NCBI GenBank assembly: GCA_903899845.1
Contig: CAIUKV010000038.1
Location: 346-64,345 of the forward strand
Source of the DNA: an uncultured Actinomycetes bacterium
Lineage (GTDB): Bacteria > Actinomycetota > Acidimicrobiia > IMCC26256 > PALSA-555
DNA: 64,000 bases
Reading direction: 5' to 3'
Below the pieces are notes generated by a model, which worked only from the letters and a program-made list of their open reading frames with translations, did not search any database and was not told the DNA's origin. Position numbers and translations under genes: made by a program. Below are positions 16,212-25,447 of this stretch, piece by piece (the first letter of the stretch is position 1; every line of letters starts with the position of its first letter).

Positions 16212-16703
16212 TCAGGCCGGCCGGGTCTCGGGCAGCCGGACGAGCGGGATCCGTCGGTCGGTCTTGGCTTGGTAGTCGACGTACCACGCCCGGTCGGCGG
16301 TGAGGCCGGCCCAGATGCGGTCGTACTCGTCGCCGTCGAGGATCTCGGGCACCGACCAGAACTCGCCCCGCTGCACCCGCACGTACACCTCGGGGTTGGC
16401 GGCCCGGTCAGCGAGGTTGACGAACCACGCCGGGTCGCGCTCGGCGCCCGCGTACGACGCGACCACGATGCGGTGGCCGTCGGGATCGCGCCAGAACGGC
16501 AGCGCGACCTTCTGCTCGCGCCCCGACTTCCGGCCGATCACCCGCAGCATCACGTGGTGCATGCCCGCCTGCTGCCAGACCTCGTCGATGTCGAACGCCT
16601 CCATCGCCTGCACGTGGGCGGCGGTCAGCGTGACGATCTCGTCGGCCGACGGGGTCTCCCAGACCTGGTCGACCTTCTGGCTCGTTCCCGGCTGGTCGCT
16701 CAT
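16212..16703 (-). CDS. deazaflavin(F420)-dependent nitroreductase-family (DDN/DUF385-like) protein
   Basis: ORF 16212..16703. GRKSGREQKVALPFWRD..VVASYAGAERDPAWFVNL..EVYVRVQ pattern. TAGGTT lies 6 nt upstream of the ATG. Confidence 0.8.
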   Translation of the reverse strand: MSDQPGTSQKVDQVWETPSADEIVTLTAAHVQAMEAFDIDEVWQQAGMHHVMLRVIGRKSGREQKVALPFWRDPDGHRIVVASYAGAERDPAWFVNLADRAANPEVYVRVQRGEFWSVPEILDGDEYDRIWAGLTADRAWYVDYQAKTDRRIPLVRLPETRPA

Positions 16704-16709
16704 GCCCGG

Positions 16710-16715
16710 AACCTA
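16710..16715 (-). promoter_or_regulatory. -10 box TAGGTT, leaderless start ATG 16703
   Basis: TANNNT 6 nt upstream of the start. The 18-bp tandem repeat begins 1 nt further upstream. Confidence 0.5.
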
Positions 16716-16716
16716 C

Positions 16717-16770
16717 CGCGTCGCCGGACGGCCCCGCGTCGCCGGACGGCCCCGCGTCGCCGGGCGGCCC
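16717..16770. repeat. tandem direct repeat, 18 bp x 3 (cgcgtcgccggacggccc)
   Basis: Units at 16717-16734, 16735-16752 and 16753-16770 (one mismatch), in the divergent region between the DDN-like and epimerase genes. Confidence 0.95.
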
Positions 16771-16813
16771 CGCAGCGCCCGGGAGGCGGCGTGGGTGTGC
16801 CACCATCTGCCCC

Positions 16814-17929
16814 GTGCCGGAACGTGTGCTCGTGATCGGCGGGACCGGCCCCACCGGGATCCCCCTCGTCCGCGACCTCGTCGCCCGCGGCGACACCGTG
16901 ACGATCCTGCACCGGGGCACCCACGAGCGGGCCGAGACCCCGCCCTCGGTCGAGCACCTCCACGCCGACCCGTTCGACGCCGACAGCCTGGCCGGGGCCC
17001 TGGCCGGGCGGACCTGGGACGTCACCCTCGCGATGTACGGGCGCCTGCGCCGGATCGCCGAAGCCACGGTCGGGCACACCGGTCGCTTCGTCTCGGTCGG
17101 TGGCGTGCCCGCCTACCTCGGGTGGATGAACCCGTGGGCCCACCGACCCGCCGGCCTGCCCGTCCCCGTCGCCGAGGACGCACCCACCGTCGACGACCCT
17201 GCGCTCGACGAGAAGGGCTTCCGCATCGCGCGGACCGAGGAGGCGGTGTTCACCCACCACCCCGACGCGGTCCACTTCCGCTACCCCTACGTGTACGGGC
17301 CGTACCAGCTCGCACCGCGTGAGTGGTGCGTGGTGCGGCGCGTCCTCGACGGCCGCCGCCACATCGTGCTGGCCGACGACGGGCTCACGCTGCACCACCA
17401 CGGCTACACCGAGAACCTCGCCCACGCGCTGCTGCTCGCGGTGGAGCGCCCGGACCCGGCGGCCGGCCTGGTCTGCAACGTCGGCGACGAGGAGGTGTGC
17501 ACGGTCCGGCAGGTGGTGGAGATCGTGGCCGGCGCCCTCGGCCACGAGCTGGAGATCGTGTCGATGCCCCACGACCTCGCGGTCCCGGCCCGCCCCCTGC
17601 TCACCCAGCCCCTGCCGACGCACCGCGTGATGGACCTCACCCGGATCCGCACCACCCTCGGGTACCGCGACCGGGTGCCCGCCCGTACCGCCCTGGTCGA
17701 CACCGCCCGCTGGCTGGCCGCGAATCCGATCGCCCCCGGTGCGGCCGAGGAGATCGTCCTGACCGACCCGTTCGACTACGACGCCGAGGACCGCTTGATC
17801 GACGCCTGGCGGGCCGCGCGCGACTCCGTCGCCGACGCCGTCGCCGCGTTCGCCCCGGCGCCGGGCTACGGGCTCGCCTACAGCGGACCGGGTGGGAAGC
17901 CCCGGAGCGCCGAGACGTTCGAGCCGTGA
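16814..17929 (+). CDS. NAD-dependent epimerase/dehydratase family protein
   Basis: ORF 16814..17929. N-terminal VLVIGGTGPTGIPLV Rossmann motif. Confidence 0.8.
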   Translation: MPERVLVIGGTGPTGIPLVRDLVARGDTVTILHRGTHERAETPPSVEHLHADPFDADSLAGALAGRTWDVTLAMYGRLRRIAEATVGHTGRFVSVGGVPAYLGWMNPWAHRPAGLPVPVAEDAPTVDDPALDEKGFRIARTEEAVFTHHPDAVHFRYPYVYGPYQLAPREWCVVRRVLDGRRHIVLADDGLTLHHHGYTENLAHALLLAVERPDPAAGLVCNVGDEEVCTVRQVVEIVAGALGHELEIVSMPHDLAVPARPLLTQPLPTHRVMDLTRIRTTLGYRDRVPARTALVDTARWLAANPIAPGAAEEIVLTDPFDYDAEDRLIDAWRAARDSVADAVAAFAPAPGYGLAYSGPGGKPRSAETFEP

Positions 17930-19131
17930 CCGGTCCCCGCGCCCCCCACGGGCCGCTGCGCGGCATCTCGGTCCTCGACTTCTCGATCGCGCTCACCGGC
18001 CCCTACGCGGCCGCGCTCATGGCCGACCAGGGCGCGACCGTGATCAAGGTCGAGCGCCCCGGCTTCGGCGACGTGGCCCGGTACGTCGGGGTCATGGTCG
18101 GCGGGTGCAGCGCTCTTTACCACTCGTGCAACCGCGGCAAGCGATCGATCACCGTGGACGTGCACGCACCCGAGGGTCGCGACCTCCTGCTGCAGATCGG
18201 ACGCGACGTCGACGTGGTGATCGAGAACTACCGGCCCGGGGTGATGGACCGGGTCGGGCTCGGCTACGAGGACTTCCGGCGAGTGAACCCCGACGTCGTG
18301 TACGCGTCGCTCACCGGGTTCGGCCCGGTCGGCCCCTACGCCCACAAGGGGGCGTACGACACCGTCATCCAGGCGTACGGCGGCTTCGCCGCGAACCAGC
18401 GCGACGCCACCGACCCCGAGCCCCGGTTCCTCAAGCAGACTGCGGCCGACAAGACCACGGCGCTGTACGCGGCCCAGGCCGTCACCGCCGCGCTGTTCGC
18501 GCGCGAGCGGGGTGACGGCGGCCAGCACGTGCAGCTGGCCATGCTCGACGCGGTGGCGTCGTTCCTCTGGGCCGACGCCGCCGGCAACGAGGTCCTGATG
18601 GATGCCGACGGCACCCTGCCCTCGAGCTTCGTGTCGTCGTTCCGGCCATTGCGGTTCGCCGACGGCTGGGGCATCGTCACCCCGACCGCCGACAAGGACT
18701 TCCCGGCGATGTGCCGGGCCTTCGGCGTGGACGACTCCGACCCCCGCCTCCAGACGATCATGGACCGCAACGCCAACCGTGAGTTCGTGGCCGAGGTGAT
18801 GGACGCGGTCTACGCCGTCGCCGAGACCGTGCCGGTGGCCGACGCCATGGCCGCGCTCGAGCGGGAGCAGGCGCCGTGCGGGGTGGTGCTCTCCCCCGCC
18901 GACCTGCCCGAGGACCCCCACGCCCGGGCGGTGGCGATGTTCGAGATCCACGAGCACCCGCAGTCGGGGCGGGTGCGCCACCCTCGGCACCCGGCGCAGT
19001 TCGGGGTCACCCCGGCCCGGCTCGCGGGCCGGGCCCCGATGCTCGGCGAGCACACCGACGAGGTCCTCGGCGAGCTCGGGCTCGACCCCGGCCGGATCGC
19101 CGCCCTCCGGGCGGCGGGCGTGCTGGGCTGA
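17926..19131 (+). CDS. CoA-transferase family III (CaiB/BaiF-like)
   Basis: Real part of ORF 17323..19131. GISVLDFSIALTGPYAAALMADQGATVIKVE and ENYRPGVMDRVGLGY. GTGA overlap with the upstream stop. Confidence 0.9.
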   Translation: MTGPRAPHGPLRGISVLDFSIALTGPYAAALMADQGATVIKVERPGFGDVARYVGVMVGGCSALYHSCNRGKRSITVDVHAPEGRDLLLQIGRDVDVVIENYRPGVMDRVGLGYEDFRRVNPDVVYASLTGFGPVGPYAHKGAYDTVIQAYGGFAANQRDATDPEPRFLKQTAADKTTALYAAQAVTAALFARERGDGGQHVQLAMLDAVASFLWADAAGNEVLMDADGTLPSSFVSSFRPLRFADGWGIVTPTADKDFPAMCRAFGVDDSDPRLQTIMDRNANREFVAEVMDAVYAVAETVPVADAMAALEREQAPCGVVLSPADLPEDPHARAVAMFEIHEHPQSGRVRHPRHPAQFGVTPARLAGRAPMLGEHTDEVLGELGLDPGRIAALRAAGVLG

Positions 19132-19142
19132 GTCCCGGGGCC

Positions 19143-19178
19143 CGCGGCTCAGACCGCGGCTCAGACCGCGGCTCAGAC
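19143..19178. repeat. tandem direct repeat, 12 bp x 3 (cgcggctcagac)
   Basis: The last unit holds the helicase stop codon. The other two copies reiterate it in frame (..AAV* AAV*). Each unit carries a CCGCGG palindrome. Confidence 0.95.
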
Positions 19179-20639
19179 CGCGACGAGCCGCACGTTGCGG
19201 GCCTCGGCCCCACGGCGGCCGTCGCCGATCTCGAACTCCACGGTCGCACCCTCGCGCAGCCGGTGACCGGCGACGTCGAGACCGCTGTGGTGGACGAACA
19301 GGTCGGTGCCGGTGCCCTGGTCGATGAAGCCGAAGCCCCGCTTCGTGTCGAAGAACTTCAGGGTGCCGCGGGCCCGGGCCGCCGACCGCGACGTCGTGCG
19401 CTCGCGCTCGGGCGCACGCTCCCGCGGGCGTTCCCGCCCCCGCTCGCGCGACTGCGGCGGGGCCGGCTCGGCCGCCGTCGCCTCGACCCGGGGCGCCGCC
19501 ACCACGAGCACCGGCTCGAGGCCGAGGGCGCCGACGTCGGGCGGCGTGATCGCCTCGGGTCGGTCCAGGGTCCGCTGGAGCCGCCGGACCGCCTTGTCGA
19601 GGTCGGGGGTCACGAAGGTCACGACGGTGCCGCTCGCCCCGGCCCGGGCCGTGCGGCCCGAGCGGTGCAGGTAGTCCTTCTCGTCGGCGGGCGGGTCGAA
19701 GTGGACGACGCAGGCCACACCGTCGACGTGGATGCCGCGGGCGGCGACGTCGGTGGCGAGGAGCGCCGGCACCCGGCCCGAGGCGAAGGCGTCGAGCGCG
19801 CGCTCGCGCTGGCCCTGGGACCGGTTGCCGTGCAGGGTCTCGGTCCGCACGCCGAGGCGGCCGAGCTTCTTGGCCAGCGACTCGGTGCCGTACTTCGTCC
19901 GGCAGAAGACGATGGTCGGTCCCGCTGCAGCCAGGACCTCGGCCAGCACCGCCACCCGGTCGTCACGCTCGGTCCGCCAGAAGTGATGCGTCATCCGGCC
20001 CCGGGCGCTCGGGTCGTCGGCCACCTCGTGGCGGACCGGGTCGGACTGGTACGCCCGCACGAGCGTGTCGACGGCACCGTCGAGCGTGGCCGAGAACAGC
20101 AGCGTCTGGCGGTTGGGCGGCGTGCGGTCGAGCAGCTTGCGGACCTCGGGGAGGAACCCCATGTCGGCCATGCGGTCGGCCTCGTCGATGACCACGGTCT
20201 GCACGGCGTCGAGGTCGACCGCCCCACGCCCGATGAGGTCCTGGAGGCGCCCCGGGCAGGCGACGAGCACGTCGGTCCCCCGGCGCAGCGCCTGGAGCTG
20301 CGGACCGAAGCCGGCGCCGCCGTAGACGGCGAAGACCCGCCGCTTGCGGGAGCGGCCGAGCCAGGTGAGCTCGTCGGCGACCTGGCGGGCCAACTCCCGG
20401 GTCGGCACCAGCACGAGCGCCGTGGGCCGGCCGGGCCCGGCCCGGTCGATCCCGGCGACGAGCGGGATCCCGAAGGCCAGGGTCTTGCCCGAGCCGGTCT
20501 CGGCCTTGCCCGAGACGTCGCGGCCGGCGAGGCCGTCGGCCACGGTCAGGGCCTGGATGGGCGTGGGCGTCTCGATCCCGTGGCCGTGCAGGGCGCGGTC
20601 GAGGTCATGGGGAACGCCGAGATCGGCGAAGGAAGGCAC
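19173..20639 (-). CDS. DEAD-box RNA helicase fused to a C-terminal cold-shock domain
   Basis: Real part of ORF 19173..20705 from VPSFADLG (GGAG SD upstream). Helicase motifs: Q-motif TPIQ, AETGSGKT, DEAD, SAT, HRSGRTAR. Then an RE-rich linker followed by GTLKFFDTKRGFGFI..DLFVHHS (CSD RNP1/RNP2). Confidence 0.9.
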   Translation of the reverse strand: MPSFADLGVPHDLDRALHGHGIETPTPIQALTVADGLAGRDVSGKAETGSGKTLAFGIPLVAGIDRAGPGRPTALVLVPTRELARQVADELTWLGRSRKRRVFAVYGGAGFGPQLQALRRGTDVLVACPGRLQDLIGRGAVDLDAVQTVVIDEADRMADMGFLPEVRKLLDRTPPNRQTLLFSATLDGAVDTLVRAYQSDPVRHEVADDPSARGRMTHHFWRTERDDRVAVLAEVLAAAGPTIVFCRTKYGTESLAKKLGRLGVRTETLHGNRSQGQRERALDAFASGRVPALLATDVAARGIHVDGVACVVHFDPPADEKDYLHRSGRTARAGASGTVVTFVTPDLDKAVRRLQRTLDRPEAITPPDVGALGLEPVLVVAAPRVEATAAEPAPPQSRERGRERPRERAPERERTTSRSAARARGTLKFFDTKRGFGFIDQGTGTDLFVHHSGLDVAGHRLREGATVEFEIGDGRRGAEARNVRLVAV

Positions 20640-20802
20640 AGCAGTTGCTCCGATGCGGTCGGGGAGTCGACGGGCGCTCGGAGACGGGCGGGCACGGACG
20701 TGCAACCTGCTGTGGAGCGATCGGGGAGTCCCGGGTCAGAAGTCGGCAGAATCTCCGACGAATCCCCACCCTACCCGCTCCGAGCCGTCCGGAGGTACCG
20801 CC

Positions 20803-21198
20803 GTGCGCACCTTCCTCAGGGAGTTCCGCGAGTTCGCGTTGAGGAGCAACGTCGTCGACCTCGCCGTCGCCGTGGTGATCGGCGTCGCGTTCAACGCCGT
20901 GATCAGCTCCCTCGTCAACGACATCGTCATGCAGCTGATCGCCGCGGTGTTCGGGAAGCCCGACTTCAACGAGCTCGTGCTCCGGATCGGTGGCACCCCG
21001 ATCCGCTACGGGAAGTTCCTCACGACCCTCGTGGACTTCCTCATCGTGGCGCTGTCGCTCTTCGTCGTGATCCGCAGCTTCGACGAGCTCCAGAAGCGGA
21101 CCCGACTCCGCATCACCGCCGACGCCCCGCCGAAGCCCGAGGAGACGCAGGTCGCGCTGCTGACGGAGATCCGCGACGCCCTGCGCGACCGGCCCTGA
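20803..21198 (+). CDS. mscL: large-conductance mechanosensitive channel MscL
   Basis: Real part of ORF 20344..21198. FLREFREFALRSNVVDLAVAVVIGVAF matches the MscL N-terminus. GGAGG SD upstream. Confidence 0.9.
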   Translation: MRTFLREFREFALRSNVVDLAVAVVIGVAFNAVISSLVNDIVMQLIAAVFGKPDFNELVLRIGGTPIRYGKFLTTLVDFLIVALSLFVVIRSFDELQKRTRLRITADAPPKPEETQVALLTEIRDALRDRP

Positions 21199-21212
21199 TC
21201 CCGTCACGATCC

Positions 21213-22052
21213 TCAGGACACGACGCGTCGCGCGAACCCCTTGACCCCCTGCCAGGTGAACAGCGCCGAGAACCCGACGAGCACCGGGTACACGACCCAC
21301 AGGCTCATGTGCGGGCTGTCGGTCAACGCGGCCCGGAACCCCTCGCACATGTACACGAGCGGATTGGCCAGGACCAGGACCTGCAGCCAGCGGATGGGCT
21401 CCAACGCCTGCCACGGGTAGTAGATCGCCCCGAGGAACGTGATCGGGATGACGACGATCCCGAACAGCAGCGGGACGGTCCGAGGATCGAAGCGGGTCCC
21501 GAAGAACAGGCCCAGCGCGCCGCACATGTAGCAGCACAGCGGCGTGAGCGTGCAGAGCACGAGCCAGTTCACCCGGAGGTCGACCGGGGTCGCGGGCACG
21601 AAGGCGGCGATCGGGAACACGAGCAGCGCCGAGAAGAGGCTGGCCAGCGCGCCCCACACCGCCTTCTCGACCGCCACCAGAGCGATGGGCAGTGGCGCGA
21701 GCACCCGGTCCTCGATCTCGCGGGTGTAGCCGAACTCCTGGACCATCGGGAGCGCGACCGACTGGATGCCCTGGAAGATGATCGCCAGCGCGACCACGCC
21801 CGCGACCAGGATGGTGGAGAACGCGGCCTCGCCGCCGGCGCCCCCGACCCCCTGGCCGATCTTCGGGAACACGTACGTGAACACGAAGACGAGCAGGAAC
21901 GGCTGGAGCAGGGTCCGGGGCAGGAACTCGCGAAGGGTCTTGCGCAGCACGACCGCGTCGCGCAGCAGCAGCGCCCCGAACGCGCCCCGCGACGCGGCGG
22001 CCGGGCTCCGTCGCGGAACGAGCGGCGACTCGGGTGGCGACACGGTGCTCAT
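21213..22052 (-). CDS. ABC-2 type transporter permease
   Basis: Real part of ORF 21213..22469 from MSTVSPPES. Six hydrophobic helices. ATGA overlap with the ATPase stop. Confidence 0.85.
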   Translation of the reverse strand: MSTVSPPESPLVPRRSPAAASRGAFGALLLRDAVVLRKTLREFLPRTLLQPFLLVFVFTYVFPKIGQGVGGAGGEAAFSTILVAGVVALAIIFQGIQSVALPMVQEFGYTREIEDRVLAPLPIALVAVEKAVWGALASLFSALLVFPIAAFVPATPVDLRVNWLVLCTLTPLCCYMCGALGLFFGTRFDPRTVPLLFGIVVIPITFLGAIYYPWQALEPIRWLQVLVLANPLVYMCEGFRAALTDSPHMSLWVVYPVLVGFSALFTWQGVKGFARRVVS

Positions 22053-23002
22053 TCGCGCAGGTCCTTCCCGGTGAGGTTGATGAACACCGTCTCGAGCGAC
22101 GGCTCGGCGACCGAGACGTCGGTGATCGCGATCCCGGCCGCCTCCGCGGCGGCGAAGACCCGGGGGACGATGCCGTCGGCGCCGTCCACCTGCGCCACCA
22201 CCTGCTCGTCGACCCGCACCGCCTGCTGCACCCCGGCCACGCCGCCGAGCACGCCCGCGAGCCGGTCGAGTGCGTCGGGACGGGCGACCACGGTCACGAT
22301 GGTGTCGGCACCGGTGGTCGCCTTGAGCTCCTCGGGCGTGCCCAGTGCGAGCAGGCGGCCGTGGTCGATGATCGCGAGCCGGTCGCAGAGCTGGTCGGCC
22401 TCCTCCATGTAGTGCGTCGTGAGGAGGATGGTCTGGCCCTCGGCGTGCAGCTCGCCGAGCACCTCCCACAGCGCGAGCCGGCTCTGGGGGTCGAGCCCGG
22501 CGGTGGGCTCGTCGAGGAAGATGGTCGCCGGCCGGTGCAGGATCGCCCGGGCCACCATGAGCCGCTGGGCCATGCCGCCCGACAGCGCAGCCACCGGCTG
22601 GGTGGCCCGGTCGGCGAGGCGGAACTGCTCGAGCCGGCGGTCGGCCTCGGCCCGGGCGGTCCGGGCGTTCATGCCGAAGAAGCGGCCGTGGAAGTACAGG
22701 TTCTCGAACACCGACAGCGAGCGGTCGAGGGTGTTGGTCTGGGGGACCACGCCGATGACCTGCTTGGCCGCCACGGGGTGCGCGACCACGTCGATGCCCG
22801 CGACCCGCGCCGTGCCGCTGGTGGGCACGACCCGCGTGGTGAGCATCCCCGCCGTGGTCGTCTTGCCCGCACCGTTCGGACCGAGCAGCCCGAAGATCTC
22901 ACCCGACCGCACCGACAGGTCGAGGCCGTCGACGGCGCGGATCCCACCCGGGTAGTCCTTGGTCAGCGCCTCGGTGCGGATGACCTCGTCGACGACCGTC
23001 AC
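22049..23002 (-). CDS. ABC transporter ATP-binding protein (DrrA-like)
   Basis: ORF 22049..23002. Walker A GPNGAGKTT, signature LSGGMAQRL, Walker B IFLDEPT. Confidence 0.95.
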   Translation of the reverse strand: MTVVDEVIRTEALTKDYPGGIRAVDGLDLSVRSGEIFGLLGPNGAGKTTTAGMLTTRVVPTSGTARVAGIDVVAHPVAAKQVIGVVPQTNTLDRSLSVFENLYFHGRFFGMNARTARAEADRRLEQFRLADRATQPVAALSGGMAQRLMVARAILHRPATIFLDEPTAGLDPQSRLALWEVLGELHAEGQTILLTTHYMEEADQLCDRLAIIDHGRLLALGTPEELKATTGADTIVTVVARPDALDRLAGVLGGVAGVQQAVRVDEQVVAQVDGADGIVPRVFAAAEAAGIAITDVSVAEPSLETVFINLTGKDLRE

Positions 23003-23080
23003 GGCCTCCCACCGTATCGGCCCGGATCGGTTCCGCGTTGCCTGCTGCGACCGGCACCGCCACCGGAGGCAGCGTCGCAG

Positions 23081-23086
23081 TAGCGT
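23081..23086 (+). promoter_or_regulatory. -10 box TAGCGT, leaderless start GTG 23094
   Basis: TANNNT 7 nt upstream of the candidate start. Confidence 0.4.
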
Positions 23087-23093
23087 CCTTCCC

Positions 23094-24098
23094 GTGCACG
23101 GCGTCCCGTCCGGTTCGGTGACCGGGCGGCCTCCGGCACCCGTGCGGGCGGCACGCGCTCGGGAGGCACGGGTTCGGGGTCGCGCGGTACCGCGGTTCGT
23201 GGGTCAGCGCCTCGTCCGGGCACGGCGCGCCGTACCGGTCCACGAGATCCGTCACGCGCTCACGGCGCGGGACCGGTTCCGACGCTCGACCCGACCGGTC
23301 CTCCGGTGGATCAAGGGCGACGGCCGCGACGACGCCGTGACGCGTGCCGCGCTCGGGCAGGCCACCCGGGAGTTCGGCGATGCGGTCGACTACTGCCTGT
23401 GCACCGTCGACCTCCCGCGGGCTCGGGTCGCCGCCGTCACTGCGTGGGCGACCCGGCCCGTGCACTGGTGGCCGGTCCGCGCCCGCGACCACCCCGGTCT
23501 CGCCACCGCGCTCCGCCGCGCCGGATGCTCCCGCGACGACTTCGGCTACTGGTGGAAGTGGTTTCCCGACCGCGTGCGGCCGGCCGCACCCGAGTGGGTC
23601 CTCGACGGCGACATGGTCGTCGTCGGCCGGCCCGCCTGGTTCGACGCGTGGGCCGCCGGCGTCGACCCCGTCCGGGTCGCCCAGAGCCCCGACGCCCCCC
23701 TCGAGCACTACGGCGAGTACGCCGACGAGTGCGACCCCGACCGGATGTTCTACTCCGGGCTCGTGTCGCTCCCGCCCGGCGCCGACTTCGGCGCGGCGAT
23801 GCTCGACCTGCTCGCCCGCCGGCCCCTGCGGCCCGGGCACGACGGCCGTCGCAACATGAGCGAGCAGGGCGTGGTGGCCGTCGCCGCGGCCGCGCTCGGA
23901 GCGGTCCCGATCCCACTCCACGAGTTCCCGTTCGCGGTGGCCGGCCACGACACGCTCACCGTCGGCCCCGCGGGTCCGGTCGGGCCCGTGTGGGGCTACC
24001 ACTTCGGCAACGCGTTCCGCGGTCCGAACGAGTGGTTCGACCGGCTGACCCGCGACGGCACCGTCTTCTCCCCGGAGGCGGACCGGGGTCGTCGGTAG
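23094..24098 (+). CDS. hypothetical protein (Trp-rich, no recognised domain)
   Basis: ORF 22959..24098. The GTG at 23094 follows TAGCGT by 7 nt. Third-position GC is weaker over the first ~60 codons, so the start is uncertain. Contains DFGYWWKWFPD. Confidence 0.45.
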   Translation: MHGVPSGSVTGRPPAPVRAARAREARVRGRAVPRFVGQRLVRARRAVPVHEIRHALTARDRFRRSTRPVLRWIKGDGRDDAVTRAALGQATREFGDAVDYCLCTVDLPRARVAAVTAWATRPVHWWPVRARDHPGLATALRRAGCSRDDFGYWWKWFPDRVRPAAPEWVLDGDMVVVGRPAWFDAWAAGVDPVRVAQSPDAPLEHYGEYADECDPDRMFYSGLVSLPPGADFGAAMLDLLARRPLRPGHDGRRNMSEQGVVAVAAAALGAVPIPLHEFPFAVAGHDTLTVGPAGPVGPVWGYHFGNAFRGPNEWFDRLTRDGTVFSPEADRGRR

Positions 24099-24163
24099 GC
24101 TGACCCCCCGGCGCGCGGGCGGGGACGAGCGGGGTCGGGGGACGGGGAACGGGGGGCGGGGCC

Positions 24164-25396
24164 ATGCTGGGGACCACACGGCGAAGCGACCTGCGACCGG
24201 GCCGGCGAGCAGGCCGGCGACGGCCGGGAGTCCGAGCATCCCTCGCCGTGATCGTGGGTGCCGTCACGCTCGCGATGCCGGTCACCGGGACCGTGCCGTC
24301 CGCCGCGGCGACGACGTCGACCGATGCGTTCTACGCCACCCCCGACCCGATCCCCCGCGCTGCGCCCGGCACGATCGTGCGGACCGAGCCGATGCCCGCG
24401 CCCTTCGCCGGCGCGCGGGCCTGGCGGGTGATGTACACCTCCCGGGGGATCGACGGCGTGGCTCCGATCGTGGTCACCGGCATGGTCTTCGCACCGACCG
24501 CGGCCGCCGCCCCCGGCAGTCGTCCGGTGGTCTCCTGGGCCCACCCCACCTCGGGCATCGTCGACAAGTGCGCGCCGTCGCGCTCGCCCAAGCCCTACGG
24601 CGACGTCCAGGGCCTGGCCGAGTTCATCCGGAAGGGCTGGGTGGTCGCCGCGACCGACTACCAGGGCCTCGGCACCGACGGCCCCCACCCCTACCTCGTC
24701 GGCACGAGCGAGGCCCACGGGGTGCTCGACGCCGTGCGCGCCGCCATCGCGATGCCCGAGACCGCGGCCGGCCCCGACACGTTCCTCTGGGGCCACTCCC
24801 AAGGCGGGCAGGCCACGCTGTTCGCGGCCCGGCTCGCCCCCACCTACGCGCCCGAGCTGCGCGTCCTCGGAGCGGCCGCCGCCGCACCCGCGGGCATCCT
24901 CGCCGAGCAGTTCGACCTCGACCGCGACAGCATCGCCGGCAGCATCCTCGGGTCGTACGCGGTGGCGTCGTGGCAGGAGGTGTTCGGCTACGACCCCGCC
25001 ACCGTGGTCCGGCCCCTGTTCCTCGGTCGGGTCCGCAGCGCGGCGGGTCGCTGCGTGATCGGCGGTGGCGCGCTGAGCGACGCGGCGCTCACCGCCGACG
25101 CGCTGGTGCTCGAGGGCCGCATGTGGAGTGCCGACCCGGCCACGACCCCGCCCTGGCGCGAGCAGTTCGAGGCCAACACCCCCACCCCGCCGGTGGCCGT
25201 GCCCGTCCTCGTCACCCAGGGCACCGAGGACCAGGTGGTCCGGCCCCCGACCACCGCCCGCCTGGTCGAGCGGTTCCGCGCCGCCGGCACCGACATCGAG
25301 GAGCGGATGCTCCCCGGGGTGAACCACCTGCGGGCCGGGAAGGTCTCGGCGCCCATCGTGGCCCGGTGGTTCGGCCGGATCGCCCGGTCGGCCTGA
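24164..25396 (+). CDS. secreted alpha/beta hydrolase, secretory-lipase (LIP) family-like
   Basis: ORF 24164..25396. Arg-rich N-region plus hydrophobic signal, nucleophile elbow GHSQGG, LIP-like DYQGLG block. Confidence 0.75.
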   Translation: MLGTTRRSDLRPGRRAGRRRPGVRASLAVIVGAVTLAMPVTGTVPSAAATTSTDAFYATPDPIPRAAPGTIVRTEPMPAPFAGARAWRVMYTSRGIDGVAPIVVTGMVFAPTAAAAPGSRPVVSWAHPTSGIVDKCAPSRSPKPYGDVQGLAEFIRKGWVVAATDYQGLGTDGPHPYLVGTSEAHGVLDAVRAAIAMPETAAGPDTFLWGHSQGGQATLFAARLAPTYAPELRVLGAAAAAPAGILAEQFDLDRDSIAGSILGSYAVASWQEVFGYDPATVVRPLFLGRVRSAAGRCVIGGGALSDAALTADALVLEGRMWSADPATTPPWREQFEANTPTPPVAVPVLVTQGTEDQVVRPPTTARLVERFRAAGTDIEERMLPGVNHLRAGKVSAPIVARWFGRIARSA

Positions 25397-25434
25397 GCCC
25401 GGGCCCGGTGAGCGCCCCGAGGGTCGGCGCGTCC

Positions 25435-25440
25435 TAGGCT
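25435..25440 (+). promoter_or_regulatory. -10 box TAGGCT, leaderless start ATG 25448
   Basis: TANNNT 7 nt upstream of the start. Confidence 0.5.
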
Positions 25441-25447
25441 GAATGCC

